From Bacteroidales bacterium (GTDB lineage: Bacteria; Bacteroidota; Bacteroidia; Bacteroidales; WCHB1-69), in the NCBI GenBank assembly GCA_016282395.1, contig JAEEKL010000256.1, forward strand, positions 1-44,640: 44,640 nucleotides of DNA, in the 5' to 3' direction. Both the position numbers and the translations under genes were made by a program. Below, in pieces: positions 1-8,755 of the stretch. The notes beneath the pieces were generated by a model that saw only the letters and a program-made list of their open reading frames with translations, did not search any database and was not told where the DNA came from. Within the stretch, counting starts at the first letter, position 1, and every line of letters starts with the position of its first letter.

Positions 1-713
1 CCCTTGTCGTTGATGAGGCCGGAGACGAGGTCGCAGAGCACGTTGATGGGGTTGGCGACGGCACCGCCGAAGATGCCGGAGTGGAGGTCGCGGTTCGGAC
101 CGGTGACCTTCAAGATCATGTTGCAGAGGCCGCGCAGACCGGCGGTGATGGAAGGCGTGTCGGTGGCAATCATGCCCGTGTCGGAGACGAGGATGACATC
201 GCACTTGAGCAGGTCTTTGTGCTGCTCGCAGAAGCTGTAGAGCTGCGTGCTGCCAATCTCCTCTTCGCCCTCAAGCATGAACTTGACGTTGCACTTGAGG
301 TTGCCGGACTTCACCATGTACTCGAACGCCTTTGCGTGCATGAATGACTGTCCTTTGTCGTCATCAGCGCCGCGGCCCCAGATTTTGCCGTCCTTGATGA
401 CAGGTTCGAAAGGTTCGGTGTTCCAAAGCTCGATGGGATCCACGGGCATCACGTCGTAGTGGCCATAGACCAACACGGTCTTGGCAGCGGGATCCACGAT
501 TTTCTGACCCACCACGATGGGGTTACCCTCGGTGGGATAGACTTCACACTTGTCGGCGCCGGCGGCCATGATAAGCTCTTTCCAACGCTCGGCGCAGCGC
601 ACCATGTCGCCCTTGTGCTCACTCTCCGAGCTGATCGACGGGATGCGTAACAGGCTGAAAAGTTCGTCCAAAAAACGTTTTTCGTTCTCTTCGATGTAAT
701 TTTTGATGTTCAT
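1..713 (-). CDS. M20-family metallopeptidase (dipeptidase / ArgE-DapE-like), N-terminal 237 codons; the remainder lies left of the window
   Basis: Absent from the ORF track because it runs off the edge. My reverse translation from ATG (cat at 711-713) gives MNIKNYIEENEKRFLDELFSLLRIPSISSESEHKGDMVRCAERWKELI...VLVYGHYDVMPVDP...KIWGRGADDDKGQSF...FMLEGEEEIGS...VANPINVLCDLVSGLINDK. The segments I checked (713-541 and 60-1) have no stop codon. HYDV, GRGxxDDKG and EGEEEIGS are M20 metal-ligand/catalytic motifs. Confidence 0.8.
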   Translation of the reverse strand, partial: MNIKNYIEENEKRFLDELFSLLRIPSISSESEHKGDMVRCAERWKELIMAAGADKCEVYPTEGNPIVVGQKIVDPAAKTVLVYGHYDVMPVDPIELWNTEPFEPVIKDGKIWGRGADDDKGQSFMHAKAFEYMVKSGNLKCNVKFMLEGEEEIGSTQLYSFCEQHKDLLKCDVILVSDTGMIATDTPSITAGLRGLCNMILKVTGPNRDLHSGIFGGAVANPINVLCDLVSGLINDK

Positions 714-824
714 TTTTTTAGGGTTATTGATGTTTTATAGATAGATGTTCTTTCTGGGTTTGCTTGTTATAGTAGGGCGAGAGCAAGGTAGAAGTCATAA
801 GGCGGAAGGCAAATTAAGAGAGGG

Positions 825-832
825 CAAAAATA
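825..832 (-). promoter_or_regulatory. putative Bacteroidota -7 box TATTTTTG for the M20 peptidase gene
   Basis: + strand caaaaata is TATTTTTG on the - strand, matching TAnnTTTG. It lies about 110 nt upstream of the ATG at 713. Confidence 0.35.
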
Positions 833-854
833 CGAAAAATATCGAAAAAAATCG

Positions 855-862
855 TATTTTTG
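855..862 (+). promoter_or_regulatory. putative -7 box TATTTTTG for the rsfS-ftsH operon
   Basis: Exact TAnnTTTG match 22 nt upstream of the ATG at 884. The TTG start used by the ORF track (860) lies inside this box. Confidence 0.5.
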
Positions 863-883
863 CAACCGTTTTTAAATGATAAT

Positions 884-1264
884 ATGGCAACGAAAAGAAA
901 AGTGAAATACGAGGGTGTTCCGTTTGAGGGAAACCTTGAGGAGTTGATAATTCAGGCGTTGCTTGAGAAACAGGGCGTGGACATCCACTGCCTCAATCTC
1001 AAGAAAATAAATCACGTCTATTTTGACTATTTTATTGTTTGCACCGGCACTTCCAAGCCCCATGTGGACACTTTGTGCGATTTTGTGCAGGAGCAGACCA
1101 AGAAGGTGGCCAACATCACCCCCATCCATGTGGAGGGACTTGAGAACAAGGAGTGGGTGCTTTTGGACTACTTCAATATTTTGGTACACATATTCTTGCC
1201 CGAAGCGCGGGAATATTACCAAATTGAATCCCTTTGGGGTGATGCGGATGTCCAGAAATTCTGA
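884..1264 (+). CDS. rsfS: ribosomal silencing factor RsfS (Iojap family)
   Basis: The first ATG after the -7 box gives MATKRKVKYEG.... The core DYFIVCTGTSKPHV...WVLLDYFNILVHIF is typical of RsfS/DUF143. The gene sits directly upstream of ftsH. Confidence 0.85.
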   Translation: MATKRKVKYEGVPFEGNLEELIIQALLEKQGVDIHCLNLKKINHVYFDYFIVCTGTSKPHVDTLCDFVQEQTKKVANITPIHVEGLENKEWVLLDYFNILVHIFLPEAREYYQIESLWGDADVQKF

Positions 1265-1313
1265 TTCTTCTTCGAAGAGATTAGCGTTTTTTTATCACGT
1301 ATTTTAGAAAGTA

Positions 1314-3410
1314 ATGCCAGACAATAACAAAAACAATAAAGCTAACAAAAACAGCGGGAAGAACGGTTTCCCAAATCCTTTCGGAAACAAAAATGACAGG
1401 AAAAAGGATGGCGGCAAGTTCAATTGGTCGCTGTTTTATATTATAATCACGCTTGGATTGATAGGGGTGTATTTCTTCACATCGGGTGATTCTGTGCGAG
1501 AGGTGAACGACATGGAATTCTACCAGATGGTGAAGAACTGTGAAGTGGAGCATGTCGAGTTCGTGAAGAAAAATTCTCATATCAATATTTTCCTCAAGAA
1601 AGAGGCTTTGGAGCGTAATTCTGCATACGAGGAGGTGAAGAGCAATACGGCGGGTCCACAATATTATTTGGTGGTGACAGACTTACAGGTATATAATGAA
1701 AACCTGCGGGAGATGAAGAATCAATATGTGCAGGAACGTATAGCTGCGGACAGCACGTTGGTGGCCAATGAGATAGCCAAGGAATATGATTTCCCGATGA
1801 AGCAAGACAATTCCCAAAGCTGGGGATTTGAGATTATCTTCTGGATGCTGCCTGTCATTTTGATTTTCCTGCTGTATTATTTTTCGATGCGTTCGATGCG
1901 TGGCGGTTCCGGATTCGGAGGTGCCGGCAATATCTTTAATATAGGAAAGTCGAGGGCGCAAGAGTTCGATGAGAAAACGGACCAGGTGGTGACGTTTAAG
2001 GACGTGGCTGGTCTGGAAGGCGCGAAGTTCGAGATTGAGGAGGTGGTTGATTTTCTGAAGAATCCACAGAAATACACCGTGTTGGGCGGAAAAATCCCTA
2101 AAGGTGTGCTTTTGGTCGGTCCTCCGGGAACGGGCAAGACTCTGTTGGCCAAGGCTGTGGCTGGCGAGGCGAAAGTGCCGTTCTTCTCGATGTCCGGTTC
2201 CGATTTTGTGGAGATGTTCGTGGGCGTGGGCGCCTCCCGTGTGCGCGACTTGTTCCGCACAGCTAAGGAGAAAGCCCCCTGCATAATCTTTATTGACGAG
2301 ATTGACGCCATCGGGCGTGCTCGCGGAAAAGGAGCTTTCTCTAATGCTAATGATGAACGTGAAAGCACACTGAACCAGCTGCTTACGGAAATGGATGGCT
2401 TCGGTACCAACGCCGGTGTCATCATTATGGCGGCCACCAACCGCGCTGACATCCTCGACCGTGCCCTTCTTCGTGCAGGCCGTTTCGATAGGCAAATCCA
2501 GGTCGAACTGCCTAACTTGAACGAACGTCGTGGCATCTTCGGCGTGCATGTGCGCAACCTCAAGCTTGGCCCCGATGTGGACTTGGACTTCTTCGCGAAA
2601 CAGACCCCCGGTTTTTCCGGTGCCGACATCGCCAATATCTGCAACGAGGCTGCGTTGGTAGCCGCCCGCCAGAACAAACAATATATTGAGAAGGAGGATT
2701 TCCTTGCGGCGGTTGACCGTATTGTCGGTGGTTTGGAGCGACGCGGCAATGTCATCTCTCCCGAAGAGAAGAAAACCATCGCCTATCACGAGTCTGGCCA
2801 TGCGTGCGTGAGCTGGATGCTCCGTTACGCCTCCCCGCTGATGAAGGTGACCATCGTTCCCCGAGGCAAAGCCCTGGGGGCGGCCTGGTATCTTCCCGAA
2901 GAACGCCAACTGACCACCTACGACCAACTGTTCGATGAAATGACGGCCACTTTAGGCGGTCGTGCTGCAGAAGACGTTTTCTTCGGCAAAATCTCCACAG
3001 GAGCCCTCAACGACTTGGAACGCGTCAGCAAGCAAGCATACGCGATGATTGTCTATTACGGCCTTGACGAGAAAATCGGTAATGTAAGTTATTATGACTC
3101 AACGGGTCAGCAAGAGTACAGCATGACCAAACCGTATAGCGAGAAAACCGCGCAGGAGATTGACGAACGTGTGCATTTGTTGATTGAAAACGCCTATAAT
3201 AGGGCCAAGGGGATTCTGACTGAAAACTATGCCAAGGTCGAGCAGTTGGCAGAATTGCTGCTGGAGCGTGAGGTGATATTCTCCGAAGACGTTCAGAATA
3301 TTCTGGGTGACCGCCCGTTCCAAGCCAAGGAGGAAAAACAGAATTCTGTTGGACAAAGCAATGAGACAGAAAAACTTACGGATACTGAAGAACCAATAAA
3401 AGAACAATGA
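1314..3410 (+). CDS. ftsH: ATP-dependent zinc metalloprotease FtsH
   Basis: 698 aa with N-terminal TM segments. Motifs present: Walker A GPPGTGKT, Walker B IIFIDEIDA, the AAA second region of homology, and the zinc site HESGHA. Confidence 0.97.
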   Translation: MPDNNKNNKANKNSGKNGFPNPFGNKNDRKKDGGKFNWSLFYIIITLGLIGVYFFTSGDSVREVNDMEFYQMVKNCEVEHVEFVKKNSHINIFLKKEALERNSAYEEVKSNTAGPQYYLVVTDLQVYNENLREMKNQYVQERIAADSTLVANEIAKEYDFPMKQDNSQSWGFEIIFWMLPVILIFLLYYFSMRSMRGGSGFGGAGNIFNIGKSRAQEFDEKTDQVVTFKDVAGLEGAKFEIEEVVDFLKNPQKYTVLGGKIPKGVLLVGPPGTGKTLLAKAVAGEAKVPFFSMSGSDFVEMFVGVGASRVRDLFRTAKEKAPCIIFIDEIDAIGRARGKGAFSNANDERESTLNQLLTEMDGFGTNAGVIIMAATNRADILDRALLRAGRFDRQIQVELPNLNERRGIFGVHVRNLKLGPDVDLDFFAKQTPGFSGADIANICNEAALVAARQNKQYIEKEDFLAAVDRIVGGLERRGNVISPEEKKTIAYHESGHACVSWMLRYASPLMKVTIVPRGKALGAAWYLPEERQLTTYDQLFDEMTATLGGRAAEDVFFGKISTGALNDLERVSKQAYAMIVYYGLDEKIGNVSYYDSTGQQEYSMTKPYSEKTAQEIDERVHLLIENAYNRAKGILTENYAKVEQLAELLLEREVIFSEDVQNILGDRPFQAKEEKQNSVGQSNETEKLTDTEEPIKEQ

Positions 3411-4063
3411 GCGAGATCGAGAATTTCATAACAGATAAAGAATATATCCGTGGTGTGATTCGGAAAAGCACCGTGTCGCACGACCATAAACCTGATGGAC
3501 AGCCGTCTTCGCAGTATTTGGCCCCCATGGAGAATGTGCAGGTGGAGTTTTGGCAGAATTTCCAGGCCAACGGCGGTAAGATTCTCCGCTGCCATACCCG
3601 TGAGGACCGTCTGAAATTTCTGAAGATGCTGGCGGATGACAAGCAGTACAACGTTGTGCTGAACACCCATAACAACCTTTGTGGTGATTTGGAGCAGGCG
3701 CAGGTCAACTATGTCAATTCCATCACCACGAGTATGCCGATTGACGCGGTGTATGTGTTGTCCACAGCCTTGGTGGCACGGAACGGCAGCATCGGTTTCA
3801 CCCAACCTATCTCGCGCTTCGTTTCGATGCGGAATCTCGCCTTCGATGTCATCGTGATTTCCCGCATGGTTGACATCGTCCCCGATTTTGAAACGGCATT
3901 GAAGCGAAACGCCAAATTCTCCAAAGATGCCGGCATGGAGTTCATAACCCCGACACCGCTTCCCAAACAAAACGGCAAAGAGGTTCGCACAACAAAGAAC
4001 CCTCGGTATATTCTGTTGCTTTTGGACGATAATCCCCCTAAAAATGAATCCCAAAACTCGTAA
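3407..4063 (+). CDS. LUD-domain (YkgG/LutC-like) protein, function unknown
   Basis: 218 aa. The ATG overlaps the ftsH stop (ATGA at 3407-3410). The C-terminal half (IDAVYVLSTALVARNGSIGF...NLAFDVIVISRMVDIVPDFETAL) resembles the LUD fold from memory only. Confidence 0.5.
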   Translation: MSEIENFITDKEYIRGVIRKSTVSHDHKPDGQPSSQYLAPMENVQVEFWQNFQANGGKILRCHTREDRLKFLKMLADDKQYNVVLNTHNNLCGDLEQAQVNYVNSITTSMPIDAVYVLSTALVARNGSIGFTQPISRFVSMRNLAFDVIVISRMVDIVPDFETALKRNAKFSKDAGMEFITPTPLPKQNGKEVRTTKNPRYILLLLDDNPPKNESQNS

Positions 4064-4910
4064 TCTGTTTGTCAGAACTGCTTCCGGAATCGTTTATGTA
4101 GCCTTGATGGTGACTGCGGTTTTCACCTCATGGGTGGCCGTGCCGTTGGCTTACTTTTTTGGACTGGTGGGTATTTGGGAATTGTATAAGATGTACGAGA
4201 CCCCGGAACTTAAGGAATGTTATCCTTTTGTCAATATTTCCGCCATGACCATGTTGTTGGCTTTCTTGTTCGCATCTCAAATGTATGCGTTTTTGAATAG
4301 TGCGCCAGATGTAATGGGGAATATTCACTTTCTCAGGCCTGGGGAATGCGTGATGCTGGTGTTGGCCATACTTGGCATTTTCTTGCCCGAGCTGATTTGT
4401 CGCCATGAGAATCCGATTTTTAATATCGGCATGGGGCTTTTATCTTTATTTTGGATTCTTCTTCCATTGTGTCTGTTGTTTTTTGTATGGATTCCGAAAC
4501 AGCCTATGTTGGTGCTGGCCTTCTTTATCCTGATTTGGATGGCAGACACAGCCGCGTACGTTTTCGGGTCGTTGTTTGGCAAACACAAGCTGGCACCGAA
4601 TATCTCACCGGGTAAAACATGGGAAGGTTTCCTGTGCAGTTGCGTTTTCACGGCAGGTTTGGCTGTCGGGCTTTTCTATATCCCGTATTTCCAGCAATCT
4701 GGATTGTGTTTGTGGCAATGGATAGTGATGGCCTTGTTAGTGGAAATCTTCGGACTGATGGGCGATCTGATAGAATCGTTGTTCAAACGCAAGGCCGGCG
4801 TGAAAGATAGCGGAAAAATCATTCCCGGTCATGGCGGTGTCCTCGACAGGGTCGATTCCATTCTTTTCGCTACCATCCCAGTCTTTCTTTTTTGCCTGAT
4901 GTGCTGCTAA
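4044..4910 (+). CDS. cdsA: phosphatidate cytidylyltransferase (CDP-diglyceride synthase)
   Basis: Polytopic membrane protein. The CTP-transferase-1 signature is present as SLFKRKAGVKDSGKIIPGHGGVLDRVDS, and SPGKTWEG is also present. The gene overlaps the previous gene by 20 nt. Confidence 0.93.
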   Translation: MNPKTRNLFVRTASGIVYVALMVTAVFTSWVAVPLAYFFGLVGIWELYKMYETPELKECYPFVNISAMTMLLAFLFASQMYAFLNSAPDVMGNIHFLRPGECVMLVLAILGIFLPELICRHENPIFNIGMGLLSLFWILLPLCLLFFVWIPKQPMLVLAFFILIWMADTAAYVFGSLFGKHKLAPNISPGKTWEGFLCSCVFTAGLAVGLFYIPYFQQSGLCLWQWIVMALLVEIFGLMGDLIESLFKRKAGVKDSGKIIPGHGGVLDRVDSILFATIPVFLFCLMCC

Positions 4911-4919
4911 AAAGTCGAT

Positions 4920-4954
4920 CGCCAACGGCTAAAAGCCAACAGCCAATAGCTAAA
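4920..4954. repeat. 5 phased heptads of the RGCnnnn class (CGCCAAC GGCTAAA AGCCAAC AGCCAAT AGCTAAA)
   Basis: Read directly from the sequence. Lies between the convergent cdsA and Omp85-like 3' ends and overlaps the Omp85-like stop codon. Confidence 0.7.
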
Positions 4955-6467
4955 ACGACACTTTCACCCCGAAATGTATCTTCCCCGTTTTGAGGGAGAT
5001 GGGATTGTTCCGTTGTCTCGGTAAAGCGTATTCAAAGTAGAAAACACCGCTTCGCACCCCGACGTTGACACCCAATCCGAATCCGAATGGCGTGTCAAAC
5101 AGGTAGTTGTAGTACCCTTGTTGCTCGTATGTGCCGCCATCAAAGAAGATGTGTACGTCAGAGTTGCGTCCGAAAAGATAGCGCAACTCAGCCGAATAAA
5201 GCAGGTAAGTGCTGGCATAAAGCTCGTTCTCCGTGAACCCTCTGATTTGGCCTTCCCCGCCGATCTTGAACATTTCGTTACGGTAGTGCGGACCGTTCAG
5301 CAGACTTCCTGCTTGTGCTCGAAGCATCAGGATAAGTTGTTTGTAGATAGGAATATAACCGGTTATTCCACCCGTCAGTCGATAGGAAGTCTTCACTAAG
5401 TTGAGGTCAGATGCTGTCGGCTCGTTGTTATGGTGGCTGGGTTGAAGCGTTCTTCGTCCTGCTGCCGCATCCGCGTAAAGCTCGAAACCAAGCCTCGGCT
5501 GGTATGGATTGTCCATCTGCCTGACTTGCAGCGACAGTCCGTACAGGATGTTGCGGTGGCCCATGCACGAGGTGTCCGCTGGCGATGAATTGACAGAAGT
5601 GTTCAGCAGTTGCGACTGTGTGAAGTCGATGTATGGTCTCAGGTAACTGTCGTGGCGGAAATGGTACGGGATGCCGATGTGGTAGTTCAGGGTCAGGTAG
5701 GTGGTGTCCTGTTTGTCAAGGCGGAAGTGCCCGTCGATGCCGAAGCGTGTGCGAAACAGGAAAGGGAATGCAGCATTAAGATTCAGATACTGCGAGTGCT
5801 TTTCGCTGCTACGCCATTCGAGGGAGAACTGCTCCCCGATGTGGAAGATGTTCTGCAATGCTAACGACAATTCGCCAGTGACGGCCAGCTTGCCCGTCTG
5901 TTCGTTTACGGGCTGGAATCCGATGTAGCCGTCAAAACGGTTGACCTGCCGCTTGTCTAAGAAAACGTAAAGCAGGGTTTTGTCTTCCTCAAAAGAAACT
6001 CCTGCCGGTTGGATGACCGTTGCGAAAGGGATGGCATCCAGCTTTTTTCCAACCTCTTGTATAGTTTTCTCGGAATAAGGGGCTTTTCGTCGCAGTCCCA
6101 AATATGGCCAAAGGTAGCTTTGACTCAGTTTCAAGTTGCCTTTCAACACGATGGAGTCGATTTTTGTGTAACGGCCATGGTCGATTTGCATTCGGTAGAG
6201 TGGGGTGGTGTCGTTTTCCCATTCGGTGGTGAGGTTCACGGATGCAAACGGGTAACCGTGGTTTTCCAGGAATTGCACGATTTTCTCGGCAGATTGCGGG
6301 TAGTTTTCCAATGTCAACACTTGGTTCTTCCGCCCGATGACCTTCGCATCCCGCAGCAACTCCGCGTCACTTTCGTTGAAAACAATCGAGGGCGACTGTC
6401 CGAACACGAAAACGGCATTCAGGATTAGCAGGGCTTCGATAACCAATAACCTATAACCCATAACCAT
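4950..6467 (-). CDS. Omp85-family (BamA/TamA/D15-like) outer-membrane beta-barrel protein with POTRA-like N-terminus
   Basis: The predicted signal peptide is [25 protein letters not shown]. The protein has alternating beta-strand sequence and ends in a terminal Phe (FGVKVSF). The ORF-track start at 6557 would overlap folC by 107 nt, so I prefer the ATG at 6467 (or 6461) inside the heptad repeat. Confidence 0.6.
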   Translation of the reverse strand: MVMGYRLLVIEALLILNAVFVFGQSPSIVFNESDAELLRDAKVIGRKNQVLTLENYPQSAEKIVQFLENHGYPFASVNLTTEWENDTTPLYRMQIDHGRYTKIDSIVLKGNLKLSQSYLWPYLGLRRKAPYSEKTIQEVGKKLDAIPFATVIQPAGVSFEEDKTLLYVFLDKRQVNRFDGYIGFQPVNEQTGKLAVTGELSLALQNIFHIGEQFSLEWRSSEKHSQYLNLNAAFPFLFRTRFGIDGHFRLDKQDTTYLTLNYHIGIPYHFRHDSYLRPYIDFTQSQLLNTSVNSSPADTSCMGHRNILYGLSLQVRQMDNPYQPRLGFELYADAAAGRRTLQPSHHNNEPTASDLNLVKTSYRLTGGITGYIPIYKQLILMLRAQAGSLLNGPHYRNEMFKIGGEGQIRGFTENELYASTYLLYSAELRYLFGRNSDVHIFFDGGTYEQQGYYNYLFDTPFGFGLGVNVGVRSGVFYFEYALPRQRNNPISLKTGKIHFGVKVSF

Positions 6468-6468
6468 T
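6439..6468 (-). repeat. GGTTATK heptad element, inverted orientation (- strand AATGGTTAT GGGTTAT AGGTTAT TGGTTAT CGAAGC)
   Basis: Four phased 7-mers. The tract contains the folC stop codon (6451-6453) and the two candidate Omp85 start codons (6465-6467 and 6459-6461). Confidence 0.85.
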
Positions 6469-7764
6469 GAAAAGCGACAACGCCTCGCCGACAACGAAAC
6501 AGCTTCCCGTAATAAATACAACATCCTCCTCTTTTGCCGCTGCCTTCGCTGCCTCAATCGCTTCTTTCACAGAAGGATAGGTTTCGCACGAAAGCCCCTG
6601 TTTACGCATCTTCGCGGCGAGTTTCTCCTGATCCATCGCCCGTTCGATGTGGGCGCGGCAGACGTAATAGGTGAATTCTTTGCGCAGCAGTGGCAGGATG
6701 TGGTCAATGTCCTTGTCGTTCACCATACCGAACACCACGTGGATTTTGCTGTCGGCGGAGGGACGTTCCTCGTAAATGTTGGTCATAGAGTTTTGCAGAC
6801 AGGCGTAGTTGTGCCCCACATCGCAAAGGATTCGCGGGTTTTCGGACAGAACCTGCCAGCGTCCGGTCAGTCCGGTGTTTACCTGCATGTTCTCCACGGC
6901 CTGTCCAATCTTGTCCTCTTGGATGTTGAGGACAAACTCCAATACTTTCGCGGCTTGGAAGAAAGTGAGGATGTTCTTGTCCTGATAATGAGCTCTGAAC
7001 GGGGTATAAAGTGAATATACCTTCTCGTGAGTCTCCTTGTCGTAGATATCTAATCTGCCTTCGTGATTGCTGTACTCGTAGTTGACGTTGGCGGGGAACA
7101 ACGGCGCGTCGTGCTTGAGGGCCACATCCTCGAACACGGGGAAACTTTCGGGATGGTACTCTCCGATAACGACAGGAACTTTGTTCTTGATGATGCCGGC
7201 TTTCTCGAAGGCGATCTTCGCGATGGTGTTGCCAAGTAATTGCGTGTGTTCCAAGGAGATGTTGGTGATGACGGAGAGTAGGGGAGTGATGACGTTGGTG
7301 GAATCCAACCGGCCGCCGAGCCCCACCTCGATAACCGCGAAATCAACCTTCTGTTCAGCGAAGTAATGGAACGCTAACGCGGTGGTAATCTCAAAGAACG
7401 AGGGTTCCAGATGTTGGAATTTTTCCTGATATTTGTCGAAGAATTCCAGCACCTTTTCTTCGGTGATCATCTCCCCGTTGATGCGGATGCGCTCACGGAA
7501 ATCGACGAGATGCGGCGAGGTGAACAGCCCGGTCTTGTAACCGAGTTCCTGGAAATAAGACGAAAGGAACGAAGACACGGAACCTTTGCCATTAGTGCCG
7601 GCCACATGCACGCAGCGCAGTTTCCGCTGCGGGTTGCCGATGATTTCCAGCAGGGCTTCGATGTTTTCGAGGCCTTCCTTGTAAGCCGCACTCCCGACCT
7701 TGTGGTACATCGGGTAGGCGGTGAAGATGCGTTCAAGTATTTCGTGATAGGTTTGATTTGACAT
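6451..7764 (-). CDS. folC: bifunctional folylpolyglutamate synthase / dihydrofolate synthase
   Basis: Mur-ligase-type P-loop VAGTNGKGSV. The FolC-like body includes TSPHLVDFRERI and IEVGLGGRLDSTN. The track start at 7800 is TTG, so I use the first ATG at 7764 (MSNQTYHEIL). Confidence 0.9.
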   Translation of the reverse strand: MSNQTYHEILERIFTAYPMYHKVGSAAYKEGLENIEALLEIIGNPQRKLRCVHVAGTNGKGSVSSFLSSYFQELGYKTGLFTSPHLVDFRERIRINGEMITEEKVLEFFDKYQEKFQHLEPSFFEITTALAFHYFAEQKVDFAVIEVGLGGRLDSTNVITPLLSVITNISLEHTQLLGNTIAKIAFEKAGIIKNKVPVVIGEYHPESFPVFEDVALKHDAPLFPANVNYEYSNHEGRLDIYDKETHEKVYSLYTPFRAHYQDKNILTFFQAAKVLEFVLNIQEDKIGQAVENMQVNTGLTGRWQVLSENPRILCDVGHNYACLQNSMTNIYEERPSADSKIHVVFGMVNDKDIDHILPLLRKEFTYYVCRAHIERAMDQEKLAAKMRKQGLSCETYPSVKEAIEAAKAAAKEEDVVFITGSCFVVGEALSLFNGYGL

Positions 7765-7803
7765 AATATTATTAGAGGCAAATTTTGAAGCGTAAGACAA
7801 TAA

Positions 7804-8667
7804 TCAGAACTTCAGTTTCCACCGTCTATGGCTCCATATCCAATATTCAGGTTTCTTGCGGATGGTTTGTTCCAACAGTTCGGTGTATTTCTGGGTGACG
7901 GCGTACGGCTTCTCTTCGTTAGGATGCTCCGTGATCACTTCTATCTCAACGCGGTACTTTCCCATCCGTTCTTTGATGACCTGGTAGTAAAGCACCGGAA
8001 TGTCGTATTTGCGGGCGAAATATTCAGCACCGTAAATCACGCCGGTGGTTTGGTTTAGGAACTGTGTGACGTAGCACTTGTTCTTGTTGCTGGGCGATTG
8101 GTCACAGAGCATCATGTATGCGGCGGGGATGTGGTTCTCCTCATAGTGTGCGAAAACCTTGCGGGCGGTGTCGGCGAAGCAGACCTCCGTGCCGTTGCGG
8201 GTGCGTGCGCGGTTCACCCACTTCTCGAAAACCTTGTTGCTGTTGGCCTTCCCCACCCCGATGCCGTGGTGCAGGAACATTTCGTCCAATGCCACAATCA
8301 TCCATTCCCAGTTGTTGTAGTGGCTTGACATTAGGATTACACTCTTACCTTCTTTATAGAACCGGTTTACCAGCTCCGTATCCACACAACGGTAGCGGTA
8401 ACGCAACGCCCGTCGCGGAATCAGCAGCATTTTGATCATTTCAACGACAATCTGCGAGAGATGCCAATAGTAACGGTTGCGTATTTTTCGACGCTCTTTT
8501 GCCGTCTTTTCAGGAAACGAATGCAACAGATTATCATCCACCACCTTGCGCCTGTATCGGACAATATGGTTCACCACCACATAAACCACTGGCAACAATA
8601 GATAAAGCAGACAAAGTGGTAACGCGGCGAGGGGGTAACAGAGGAAAAAGATGAAGAAGAAGGTCAT
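7804..8667 (-). CDS. lysophospholipid/lipid A acyltransferase (LpxL/LpxM/LpxP family)
   Basis: N-terminal TM segment. The HX4E acyltransferase motif is present as SSHYNNWEW, and the C-terminus ends PEYWIWSHRRWK, typical of late lipid A acyltransferases. The track start at 8673 is TTG; the ATG is at 8667. Confidence 0.75.
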   Translation of the reverse strand: MTFFFIFFLCYPLAALPLCLLYLLLPVVYVVVNHIVRYRRKVVDDNLLHSFPEKTAKERRKIRNRYYWHLSQIVVEMIKMLLIPRRALRYRYRCVDTELVNRFYKEGKSVILMSSHYNNWEWMIVALDEMFLHHGIGVGKANSNKVFEKWVNRARTRNGTEVCFADTARKVFAHYEENHIPAAYMMLCDQSPSNKNKCYVTQFLNQTTGVIYGAEYFARKYDIPVLYYQVIKERMGKYRVEIEVITEHPNEEKPYAVTQKYTELLEQTIRKKPEYWIWSHRRWKLKF

Positions 8668-8673
8668 TGTCAA

Positions 8674-8701
8674 TTATGAATTAAGAATGATGAATTAAAA
8701 A
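8674..8701. repeat. 4 phased heptads of the TTATGAA class (TTATGAA TTAAGAA TGATGAA TTAAAAA)
   Basis: Read directly from the sequence, immediately upstream of the acyltransferase start. Confidence 0.6.
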
Positions 8702-8755
8702 TTGTTTTGGCATCGTCCCATAACGTGAAAACATATTTCTAATTACTACTGAACA

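Noticed and set aside
1683-2927. Long - strand ORFs (414 aa and 300 aa) antisense to ftsH
   Set aside because: They lie fully inside a gene with unmistakable FtsH motifs. Their products are low-complexity Arg/Gly/His-rich sequence typical of shadow ORFs in GC-rich, RNY-biased coding DNA.
6468-6557. N-terminal extensions offered by the ORF track for the Omp85-like gene, with similar cases at 14041-14106, 22987-23007, 26256-26369, 31911-31994, 36497-36589 and 42653-42706
   Set aside because: The extensions overlap the upstream gene or contain the TAnnTTTG promoter box. They lack signal-peptide character, and an internal ATG gives a canonical N-terminus.
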